From contig JAHJLF010000030.1 in NCBI GenBank assembly GCA_018821925.1, positions 5,851 to 69,850 on the forward strand: a stretch of DNA of 64,000 nucleotides. Reading direction: 5' to 3'. Below, one piece after another: positions 28,266 to 36,385 of this stretch. The notes beneath the pieces are model-generated. The model made no database searches. It was not told the origin of the DNA and saw only the letters and a program-made list of their open reading frames with translations. The DNA is from Candidatus Edwardsbacteria bacterium. Lineage in GTDB: Bacteria > Edwardsbacteria > AC1 > EtOH8. The position numbers and the translations under genes were made by a program. Within the stretch, counting starts at the first letter, position 1, and the number at the start of each line of letters is the position of its first letter.

Positions 28266-28529
28266 ATGACGACCGACAAAAGCCAGACTTACGACGTATT
28301 AAAAATACCCGATTTCCGAAAATTCCTGTTCGGTAGGTTCTTTGTCACCATCTCCATCCAGATGACCGCGGTCATCGTGGGCTGGCAGATCTACCAGATA
28401 ACCAAGGACCCCATGGCCCTGGGCCTGGTGCCGTCCCTGTTGTTCAACAGCGGGATGACCCTGGCGGTGGCCGCCGCGGGGGCTAAACTGGCGCCCAAGC
28501 TGAGGGAGCATATGGAAAAGACAGAATAA
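28266..28529 (+). pseudogene. Internally deleted MFS transporter (EntS/DUF894-like)
   Basis: 87 aa made of a typical MFS N-terminus (FRKFLFGRFF...GWQIYQIT.DPMALGLV) joined to a typical C-terminus (PSLLF..GMTLAV....APKLR). Confidence 0.65.
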
Positions 28530-28595
28530 CTCTGCCCCGGAGGCACAGAGACACGGCGGTGTGGGTAGGTAACGCCTAAAGGGAGATTAAAGACA

Positions 28596-29168
28596 ATGAA
28601 AAAAATATTTACCTTTTGTTTTATTGTTTCTACAATAGCGTTTTCGCCGGTTATTGCAGGTGCTGACTCAACAGGCTATTTTACTGGGTATGTAATTGAT
28701 GCTAAGACAAAAGAGCCCATGGTTGGCGCTGTTGTTCAAATTATTGGCACCAAGATGGGCGCCAATACCAACATGGACGGAAGGTTTGTGATTGTGGATG
28801 TTCCGATGGGAATATATTCCCTGGAGATCAGGACGATGCTTTATTATACAAAGACAGTCAAGGATGTTAAACCGACTATGTTGGCACTAAAGGATTCTTT
28901 AATTCCAGATACATTGACAGGATGTGTTAAAAATATAAACGTGGATAAAGAGGTAATATCTCAAAGAAAGAGATACTTTGCAATTAAAGTTACCAATCAA
29001 AGCGGCAGATTAGATACTATCACGGTGTGGCCTTTTAATAAGGATGATATGGAAAAGTGGGTAAAAGCCTGGAATCATTCACCAACACCAAGAATAAAAA
29101 ACCCGGATGAAACCCAAACAATACGGACATGGAATGAAAAAGAGATAAAAAGGATGCCCGGGAATTAA
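28596..29168 (+). CDS. Secreted CarboxypepD_reg-like domain protein (AT-rich)
   Basis: Signal peptide; 'TGYVIDAKTKEPMVGAVVQIIGTKMGANTNMDGRF'; GGGAG RBS. Confidence 0.75.
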   Translation: MKKIFTFCFIVSTIAFSPVIAGADSTGYFTGYVIDAKTKEPMVGAVVQIIGTKMGANTNMDGRFVIVDVPMGIYSLEIRTMLYYTKTVKDVKPTMLALKDSLIPDTLTGCVKNINVDKEVISQRKRYFAIKVTNQSGRLDTITVWPFNKDDMEKWVKAWNHSPTPRIKNPDETQTIRTWNEKEIKRMPGN

Positions 29169-29202
29169 TGGTAAGCATTACAACTAACCTTATTGTGAAG
29201 TA

Positions 29203-29328
29203 CACTCAGCCTGACAGAAAATTGTCACACTGAGAGGACGTCTCGCCCGACAGGCTGAAGTGTGTAAATAAATATTAAAATCGGTCACCCATTCGGATTG
29301 ACTAACAAGAAGTCTGCCTCAGGGTGAC
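29203..29328. repeat. Cluster of GTCAC..CTGAG / CTCAG..TGAC REP-like units
   Basis: cactcagcctgac; gtcacactgag...gaagtgtg; gtcaccc...cctcagggtgac. Confidence 0.55.
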
Positions 29329-29359
29329 AGTACCAGAAATAAAGGAGCAGATACAATAA

Positions 29360-30112
29360 ATGTCTAACCAACCATACCAGGTCAAATTGGAGATCTTCGA
29401 GGGTCCCCTGGACCTGCTGTTATACCTCATCCGGCAGGAGGAGCTGGACATCTACGACATTCCCATCGCCCGGATCACCCAGCAGTACCTGGAATACATC
29501 GAGATCATGAAGGCCCTGGACATCGACCTGGCCGGGGAGTTCCTGGTAATGGCCGCCACCCTGCTGAAGATCAAATCCAAACTCCTCCTGCCGCATCACG
29601 TGGAGATCGAGGGCGAGATGGAGGATCCCCGCAAGGACCTGGTGCGCCAGCTGCTGGAATACAAGAAATTCAAGGAGGCCGCCTCCCGCTTAGAGGACCG
29701 CGAGGAGGTGCAACGGCTGATGTTCCCCCGGCCCAAAGGGGCCATCGAGAAGCAGGAGGAGGTCCAGGCCGAACCGCCGGTGCCGGAGGTGGGGCTGTAC
29801 GAGCTGTTGTCGGCCTTCCGGCAGGTGGTGGAGCGGATAGACAAAGTGAGGCTCTACGAGATTGTGGGCGAGGACATCACCATCGAGGACCGGATAGACT
29901 TCATACTGAAGCAGGTGATGGAAAACGAGCAGATGAATTTCAGCGACCTGTTCGCCGGAGAACGGAGGAAGCTGGTGATAGTAGTCACTTTCTTCGCCCT
30001 GCTGGAGCTGATCCGGCTGGGCCGGGTGAGGGTGGTGCAGGACGCCTTGTTCGGAGAGATAATAATCCGGAAGGCCGGAGGGCAGATGGCCATCAAGCCC
30101 GAAAGCCAATGA
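29360..30112 (+). CDS. scpA: Segregation and condensation protein A
   Basis: FEGPLDLLLYLI...IPIARIT.QYL...AGEFLVMAATLL.IKS; FFALLELIR. Confidence 0.95.
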   Translation: MSNQPYQVKLEIFEGPLDLLLYLIRQEELDIYDIPIARITQQYLEYIEIMKALDIDLAGEFLVMAATLLKIKSKLLLPHHVEIEGEMEDPRKDLVRQLLEYKKFKEAASRLEDREEVQRLMFPRPKGAIEKQEEVQAEPPVPEVGLYELLSAFRQVVERIDKVRLYEIVGEDITIEDRIDFILKQVMENEQMNFSDLFAGERRKLVIVVTFFALLELIRLGRVRVVQDALFGEIIIRKAGGQMAIKPESQ

Positions 30113-30120
30113 AAAGCTGA

Positions 30121-31293
30121 ATGAAAAAAACATCCCGAGCGTTATATCTGCTTTTGGCCCTAGCGCTGTCGTCGCTCACCTTCGGCCAGGGCATAGACGA
30201 CCAGGAGGACGCCCTCAAAGAGGTCAAACGCAAACTGACAGAAGCCCGGGCCCGGGCCTCGGAGCTCAAGGGGCAGGAGAAAGGCATCCTGGGCCAGTTG
30301 GAGCGAACCTCGGAGCAGGTCCGCTTGACCCGGCAGGTATTATCGGCCCTCCGGCAGAAGGAAACCCGCCTGAACAAGGACCTGAAAAGCCTGGGGGAGC
30401 AGCTGCTGACCACCGAATCACAGCTGGTCAAACAGGAGGCTCTGATGGCCGTCCGCTTAAGGGAGATGTATAAAAAAGGCGGCCTGTACCAGTGGGAGGT
30501 TCTGGTTTCGGAGCGGTCCTTTGCCGATATGGCCAAAAGGTACAAGTACATGAGCCTGATAACCGAACAAGACCGGAAGCTCTATAACAACATCGACGGC
30601 AAGAAGCGTCTGATTGTTCAGGACAAACAGGAGCGGGAGAGCAAGCTGATGACCCTGGCCCAGGTCAAAGGCGAGACCGAACGGGAGGCGTCCAACCTGA
30701 GTGCTGATGAGGCCAAGCAGAAGAAATTGTTAAGCCGAGTTCAGCGGGAGAAATCATCCAAGGAGGCGCTGGTCAAGGAGCTCCAGGAGGCCGCCAGGAA
30801 ACTGCAAAAGATAATCGACCGCCTGGAGAAGGAACGTAAAGCAGAACTGGCCCGCAGCCACAACTCCCATGTACCGGCGGCTCCCAGCTATCTGGAGAGG
30901 AACCAGGGCTCGCTGAACTGGCCGGCCGATGGAAAACTGTACTCCAGCTTCGGCCTGAAGAAACACGAAAAATACAACACCTATATCCAGAATAACGGAA
31001 TAGACATCCTGTCGGCCACCGGGGCTCCGGTGCGGTCGGTGGCCGCCGGCAAGGTGGTCTACGCCGAGAGATTCATTGGCTACGGCAACGTGGTGCTGAT
31101 AGACCACCAGTCGGGTTTCTATACCCTTTATGGAAACCTGAGCGATATCCTGGTGGCCACCGGATCCCGGGTGGAGATCTTCCAGCAGATCGGGACGGTG
31201 GGTGGCTCGGTGGACGGCCCCATCCTGCATTTCGAGGTCCGTAAAGGCGGCAAGCCGGTGGATCCCCTGCAATGGTTGAACAAGAAACGATAA
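30121..31293 (+). CDS. EnvC-like murein hydrolase activator (coiled coil + degenerate M23)
   Basis: Signal peptide, long coiled coil, NNGIDI (His replaced) and ILHFEVRK. Confidence 0.88.
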   Translation: MKKTSRALYLLLALALSSLTFGQGIDDQEDALKEVKRKLTEARARASELKGQEKGILGQLERTSEQVRLTRQVLSALRQKETRLNKDLKSLGEQLLTTESQLVKQEALMAVRLREMYKKGGLYQWEVLVSERSFADMAKRYKYMSLITEQDRKLYNNIDGKKRLIVQDKQERESKLMTLAQVKGETEREASNLSADEAKQKKLLSRVQREKSSKEALVKELQEAARKLQKIIDRLEKERKAELARSHNSHVPAAPSYLERNQGSLNWPADGKLYSSFGLKKHEKYNTYIQNNGIDILSATGAPVRSVAAGKVVYAERFIGYGNVVLIDHQSGFYTLYGNLSDILVATGSRVEIFQQIGTVGGSVDGPILHFEVRKGGKPVDPLQWLNKKR

Positions 31294-31330
31294 TTAGTTG
31301 TTTAAAGCAGAACAGATAAAGAGGATAATA

Positions 31331-31360
31331 AAAAGCCCCCGCTATCGGCGGGGGCTTTCT
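31331..31360. terminator. Bidirectional intrinsic terminator between convergent genes
   Basis: AAAAGCCCCCGC-tatcg-GCGGGGGCTTTCT. Confidence 0.8.
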
Positions 31361-31393
31361 TATTCCGAGAATGTGTTTTTGCGGAAAATGTTT

Positions 31394-31888
31394 CTATTTC
31401 TTTCCGGCCAGCACCATCTTCCTGGTATATGGTATCAGCCCTCCGGCGTCAATGATGGCCTGCCGGGCCTGAGGCAGGGGAACGATGGGAAATTCTTTCC
31501 CCGTTGTCACGTTCCGGACGTTCCCACCCTCAACCACCAGTTCGTCGCCCTCACTGGCCTCGATGGTCGGGCAGATCACCATGTACAGGCCCACGTTGAT
31601 GGAGTTCTGCAGGAATATCCGGGAAAAATTCTTGGCGATCACCTTCAGGCCCCAGCCCACCAGGCAGGAGGCGGCCTGTTCCCGGGAGGAGCCGCAGCCG
31701 AAATTCTTGTCGGCCACGATGAAGCTGCCGGGCTCGATCTGCTTGGATTTCAGCTTCTGGTTGAACGCGGCGTCGTCCACGAAGGCGAACTGGGGGGTCT
31801 CGGTGGGGAGAACCGTGGCCATAAAGCGGCCGGGATAGATGATGTCGGTGGAGATATCGGCGCCCAGTTTCAATACTACTTTACCCAT
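31394..31888 (-). CDS. LeuD/HacB-like aconitase-family small subunit
   Basis: DISTDIIYPGR, NFGCGSSREQA, FSRIFLQNSIN.G. Confidence 0.93.
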   Translation of the reverse strand: MGKVVLKLGADISTDIIYPGRFMATVLPTETPQFAFVDDAAFNQKLKSKQIEPGSFIVADKNFGCGSSREQAASCLVGWGLKVIAKNFSRIFLQNSINVGLYMVICPTIEASEGDELVVEGGNVRNVTTGKEFPIVPLPQARQAIIDAGGLIPYTRKMVLAGKK

Positions 31889-31890
31889 GA

Positions 31891-33330
31891 TTATTTCCTC
31901 CCTTTCTTTTTAAGACCCCGAGCCTGTCGAGGGGCGGCTTTTTTCACGGTCTTCTTGGCCGGTCTTTTGGCCACAACTTTTTTCTTGGCCTTGGGCTTAA
32001 CGGTTTTGATCTTGGGCCTTTTCACAGAGACCTTGGGGGCCGGGGCCACGGTGCGGGGATCGGTGATCTCTCCGGTGATGGCCGAGGCCGCGGCGGTGGC
32101 CGCCGAGCTCAGGTAGACCTCGGCGTTGGGATTGCCCATCCGCCCCTTGAAATTCCTGTTAGTTGTGGCCAGGGCCTTGTCGCCATCGGCCAGAGCCCCC
32201 TGGTGTATGCCCAGGCAGGGGCCGCAGCCGGAGTTCATCACCACCGCGCCGGCCTTCATGAATATTTCCACATAACCCTTCTTCAAAGCCTGCTGGTAGA
32301 TACGGGTGGAGGCCGGGAACACCAGCATCCGGACGCTGCGGGCCACTTTCTTGCCTTTTAAGATTCCGGCGGCTATGGCCAGGTCATCCAGACGGCCGTT
32401 GGTGCAGGAGCCGATCACGATCTGCTGGATCTTGATTCCCTTGGCGGCGCCCACCGGCCTGACATTGTCAACGGTGTGTGGGAAGGCGATTTGGGGCTCC
32501 AGTTTTGAAACGTCGATCTCCACCACCTGCTCATAAACAGCGTCGGCATCCGGGCCGAACAGTTCGGGGATGTTCTTGACCCCGGCTTCCTTTTTCAGGT
32601 AGCGCACGGTCTCGGCATCCGGCGGGACGATGCCGCCGGTGGCTCCGGCCTCAACGGTCATATTGCACAGCACCAGCCGGCCGGAGGTGGACATCTTTCT
32701 GATGGTCTCGCCGTGAAACTCTATCACCTTGAAGTTGGCGCCCTCGGCGGTCAGTTTTCCGACTAGGTGCAGAATGATGTCCTTGGGCTCGACGTATTTG
32801 GGAAGCGTCCCGTTGACCACCACCTTGATGGTCCCCGGCACCTCCACGTTCAGTATCTTGCCCAGGGCCCAGACCGCGGCCATCTCGGTGGCCCCGATGC
32901 CGAAGGAGAAGGCTCCCAAGGCTCCGTGGCTGGTGGTGTGGCTGTCGGTGCCGACGATTACCTGGCCCGGCAGGTCGTAGCCGCTCTCGGGAAGGATCTG
33001 GTGGCAGATGCCGCCCTCGTCGCCCCGGATGTCGTGGAACTTGGTGATGCCCTGCTTGGCCACGAACTCGCGGATCTTCTTCTGGTTCCCGGCGGTCTTA
33101 GAGCTCTCGGCCGGCACCCGGTGGTCGAAGATGATGGCGATCTTAGAAGGATCCCAGACCTTGGCTTCGATCCCGGTGTCCTTGTAGATCTCGTTGAATT
33201 GGTTGATCACCAGCGCGCCGTTCTCGTGGGACATGGCCAGGCTGACCTTGGGCTCGACCACATCGTTCACTTTGACCGATGCCTGGCCGACGGCCTTGGC
33301 CAGGATCTTTTGGACCATTGTCATTCCCAT
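31891..33330 (-). CDS. LeuC/HacA-like aconitase-family large subunit with Lys-rich C-terminal tail
   Basis: DHRVP, GTDSHT, IGSCTNGR, GCGPCLG, TNRNF.GRMG; final 51 aa are strongly basic. Confidence 0.95.
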   Translation of the reverse strand: MGMTMVQKILAKAVGQASVKVNDVVEPKVSLAMSHENGALVINQFNEIYKDTGIEAKVWDPSKIAIIFDHRVPAESSKTAGNQKKIREFVAKQGITKFHDIRGDEGGICHQILPESGYDLPGQVIVGTDSHTTSHGALGAFSFGIGATEMAAVWALGKILNVEVPGTIKVVVNGTLPKYVEPKDIILHLVGKLTAEGANFKVIEFHGETIRKMSTSGRLVLCNMTVEAGATGGIVPPDAETVRYLKKEAGVKNIPELFGPDADAVYEQVVEIDVSKLEPQIAFPHTVDNVRPVGAAKGIKIQQIVIGSCTNGRLDDLAIAAGILKGKKVARSVRMLVFPASTRIYQQALKKGYVEIFMKAGAVVMNSGCGPCLGIHQGALADGDKALATTNRNFKGRMGNPNAEVYLSSAATAAASAITGEITDPRTVAPAPKVSVKRPKIKTVKPKAKKKVVAKRPAKKTVKKAAPRQARGLKKKGRK

Positions 33331-33378
33331 TACTTAACTCCTATGTAAAATGATAGTGTATTTTGTAAATAATAAGCG

Positions 33379-34068
33379 CTATAAATTTGACTTAAATGAG
33401 GGATAATGCCTTCTTTGCTCAAAGAGGTTATTATCTTTCTTAGCAAGTTCAGCGACCTGCGTCCCCCGTAGTGTTAATTTACATGTTTTTAAATCGTCTT
33501 TTTTGTAAGTAATCAAACCATTTTGTTCAAGAACGTCAATATCTTCTAAAAATACCGGATCATTTCTATAAGCATCAACTAAAGTTGGCCATTCTTGTGG
33601 ATTAAGGAACAATTCTGAAAGAACTCTTCGATGTCCCTCGCTGTATGCGATTCTATGTATCTCAGATGTTTGGAGGAGTTCTACCACGCGTTGTTTTTTA
33701 CTACCAGCAGTTGGCCCGATTTCCCGTATGATTTCTTCTGCTAGTTTTTTATTTAGTGTCTCAATATCCGTTTTAGATGCGGAACGCTCACCGAGGGTAT
33801 ATTTCTGTTCAAGATACTTAGAATAATAGCTATCTTCCTGCATTTCTGGGCGAAATTTTGTTTGTAGCATAAAAATGCTTAATAGAAATAAAGGTACATT
33901 AATGATAGAGGCAATAACTAATAGACCCGAAGCCCAGCTGGGGCTATTAATCTGTATTGCAGCAAATAAATAAATCCCGTCAACAATAATTAGTCCCGAA
34001 AGCCATGCAGCTAGTAATTGTATAGGTTTAGTTACTTTTTCGGGAAGAATGCGTGTGTTGTTTTTCAT
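33379..34068 (-). CDS. AT-rich hypothetical membrane protein (2 TM + possible winged helix)
   Basis: 229-aa ORF with markedly low GC; hydrophobic N-terminal segments; C-terminal 'LEQNGLI...LTLRG'. Confidence 0.7.
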   Translation of the reverse strand: MKNNTRILPEKVTKPIQLLAAWLSGLIIVDGIYLFAAIQINSPSWASGLLVIASIINVPLFLLSIFMLQTKFRPEMQEDSYYSKYLEQKYTLGERSASKTDIETLNKKLAEEIIREIGPTAGSKKQRVVELLQTSEIHRIAYSEGHRRVLSELFLNPQEWPTLVDAYRNDPVFLEDIDVLEQNGLITYKKDDLKTCKLTLRGTQVAELAKKDNNLFEQRRHYPSFKSNL

Positions 34069-34124
34069 AAAGTAAAGCTATTATTTTAATATTCTTCACT
34101 TTGGAGGTCATTGGTTATAATATC

Positions 34125-35312
34125 TCAGATCGCAGCCTTTTCCTTCATGGCCGTGATCTGTTCCGCCGTGTAGCCCAACTGGGTAAGGATCTCGTTTTGG
34201 TGCTGGCCCAAAGTCGGGGGCGGGGCGTCGATTGAAGCCGGGGTGGCCGAGAACTTGGCCGACAGGTTGAACAGCTTCAGCTCGCCCAGGTCCGGGTCCT
34301 TGATGCTTTCGATGGTCTTGCGGTATTTCACCTGCTCGGCGGCCAGGGCCTTCTCTAAGCTGAAGATGTCGCCGGTGGGGATGCCCTTGGCGTTCAGCGC
34401 CTCCACCCAATAGTCGGTGGTCTGCTGTTTAAGCTTGGCCTCCAGCAGGGGGGTCAGTTCTTTTCGGTTCTTCTTGCGGGTATCCCGCTCCTGGAACCGG
34501 GGATCGGTCAGCAGTTCCGGCACGCCCAGCACGGTGGCCAGATCCTCCCACTGTTTCTGCTGGTTGGCCGCGATGTTGACGAAGCCGTCCTTGGTCACAA
34601 ACATGCCCGATGGCGCGGCGGTGAAATTGTCGTTGCCCATAGCCACCGGCTGCTGTCCGCCGATCAGCAGATTGGCCGCCACCCAGCCCATCAGGGGCAT
34701 GATGGAGTCCAAAAGGGCGATGTCTATGAACTGGCCCTCGCCGGTCTTCTCCCGGTAATACAGGGCGGCCATGATGGCGAAGGCGGCATTGAGGCCCCCC
34801 ACCGTATCGCACACCGGGAAGCCAGCCCTAAGTGGGTGCAGGCGCTCGTCGCCGTTGACGTCCATCACCCCGGACAGGCCCTGGATGATCTGGTCGTAGG
34901 CCGGCTTGAAGGCGTCGGGCCCGGCCTGGCCGAACCCGGAGATGGCGCAGTAGACTATTTTCGGATTTATCTTTTTGATCTCGGCATAGGAGAAGCCCAA
35001 ACGGTCCATCACGCCGGGACGGAAATTCTCCACCACCACGTCGGCGGTCTTTATAAGCTTACGGAAGATCTCCTTGGCCTCTTCGGCCTTCAAATTAAGC
35101 GTAATGGATTTCTTGTTGGCGTTCTGGGCCAGGAACGAGGTTCCCATCAACTTTTGATTCAGGGCCGGAACCGCGCCCAGCTTGCGGGCCAGGTCGCCGC
35201 CCTCGGGGTTCTCGATCTTGATCACCTCGGCCCCCAACAGGGCCAGGTGCATGGTGGAGAAGGGCCCGGACAGGACGTTGGTCATGTCCAGCACCCGGAT
35301 GTTATTCATCAT
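34125..35312 (-). CDS. CaiB/BaiF (family III) CoA-transferase domain, currently in frame with the upstream lyase
   Basis: RVLDMTNVLSGP, GAEVIKIE, ADVVVENFRPG, YDQIIQG; own ATG at 35312 preceded by GAGG. Confidence 0.9.
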   Translation of the reverse strand: MMNNIRVLDMTNVLSGPFSTMHLALLGAEVIKIENPEGGDLARKLGAVPALNQKLMGTSFLAQNANKKSITLNLKAEEAKEIFRKLIKTADVVVENFRPGVMDRLGFSYAEIKKINPKIVYCAISGFGQAGPDAFKPAYDQIIQGLSGVMDVNGDERLHPLRAGFPVCDTVGGLNAAFAIMAALYYREKTGEGQFIDIALLDSIMPLMGWVAANLLIGGQQPVAMGNDNFTAAPSGMFVTKDGFVNIAANQQKQWEDLATVLGVPELLTDPRFQERDTRKKNRKELTPLLEAKLKQQTTDYWVEALNAKGIPTGDIFSLEKALAAEQVKYRKTIESIKDPDLGELKLFNLSAKFSATPASIDAPPPTLGQHQNEILTQLGYTAEQITAMKEKAAI

Positions 35313-36230
35313 TTTTTTCGGCCTCGGCTTTATAAGTGAGCCGGACTTGAGCACGGCGCCCGGCAATTCGCGGTTAAAGAACACGGAAACCTCCTGAGCG
35401 ACATCCAGCAGGCGGAACAGGTCGATGTCGGTCCGGAGCTCGGCCCGCTGCAGGGAGTGGACGAAATCCTCGGTGCCGACGTTCCCGGCCGCCACCTTGG
35501 TGAAGGGGCATCCCCCAAGTCCGCCCACCGCCGTCTCGATGTACTTCACTCCGGCGTTGATGGCGGCATAGCAGTTGGCCATTCCCAACCCATAAGTATT
35601 GTGGAAATGGCAGGCCAGTTCCACCTTGGGATCCATCTTCCGGATGGCGGAGAACAGCCGCTCCACCTGCTGGGGATTGGCGTGCCCGGCGGTGTCGGCC
35701 AGGCTGATGTTCCTGATCCCGGCCTCCAGGTATTTTTTGACCATGGCCAGCACCTTGTCTTCAGGAATGGCCCCGTCGAAGCCGCAGCCGAAGGCCGACT
35801 GCACCGAGGCCTGGACCTTCTTGCCGGCGTCCTGGGCCTTTTTAGCCATAGACAGGATCTGGCCCATGGCCTTGGTCGGGCTCATGCCGGTGTTCTTCTG
35901 GCTGTGGGTCTCGGAGGCCGAGACGCCCATGCAGAACATCTCCACCCCGCAGGCCAGCCCCCGCTCGAAACCCTTTTCGTTGAGCACCAACCCGGATAGG
36001 ACGGCCTCCGGCCTCTTTTTGCCGTTCTTGGCATAGTGCTCGAACAGGGCGTCGGTGTCGGCCATCTGGGGCACCTTCACCTGATGGACGAAGGAGCCCA
36101 CCTGGATGATGTCCACCCCGGAACCCATCAGATCGTCGATCCATTTGATCTTGACGTCCGTAGGCACCGGCTGTTTTTCGATCTGCAGACCGTCCCGCAG
36201 GCCCACCTCGTGAATATAAATTTCAGACAT
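35313..36230 (-). CDS. HMG-CoA lyase / citramalyl-CoA lyase-like (DRE-TIM) domain
   Basis: EVGLRDGLQ, SLADTAG, ACHFHNTYG, GGLGGCPF, GNVGTED. Start placed at 36230; no stop before the CoA-transferase. Confidence 0.9.
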
Positions 36231-36273
36231 AATTTTTAATATTATAATTTGTGGTTGGTGTACTCCGCTGCCG

Positions 36274-36375
36274 GTCATTCCCGCGCAGGCGGGAATCCAT
36301 AGAAAGGCCTGGATTCCTGCTTCCGCAGGAATGACAACCCGTGAATTGTAGGGGCGCATCGCGATGCGCCCCTAC
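36274..36375. repeat. Two REP-like elements
   Basis: GTCATTCCCGCGCAGGCGGGAATCCA...TGGATTCCTGC..GCAGGAATGAC and GTAGGGGCGCATCGCGATGCGCCCCTAC. Confidence 0.8.
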
Positions 36376-36385
36376 ATGGTTTGTT

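Noticed and set aside
33331-34124. attC sites around the other AT-rich ORFans (also 44912-45979 and 53551-53868)
   Set aside because: No RYYYAAC/GTTRRRY pair with paired L boxes could be found in their flanks.
36231-36359. 43-aa N-terminal extension of the 744-aa ORF (MRPYNSRVVIPAEAGIQ...)
   Set aside because: It is the chance translation of REP-like palindromes; homology to HMG-CoA lyases begins at MSEIYIHEVGLRDG (36230).
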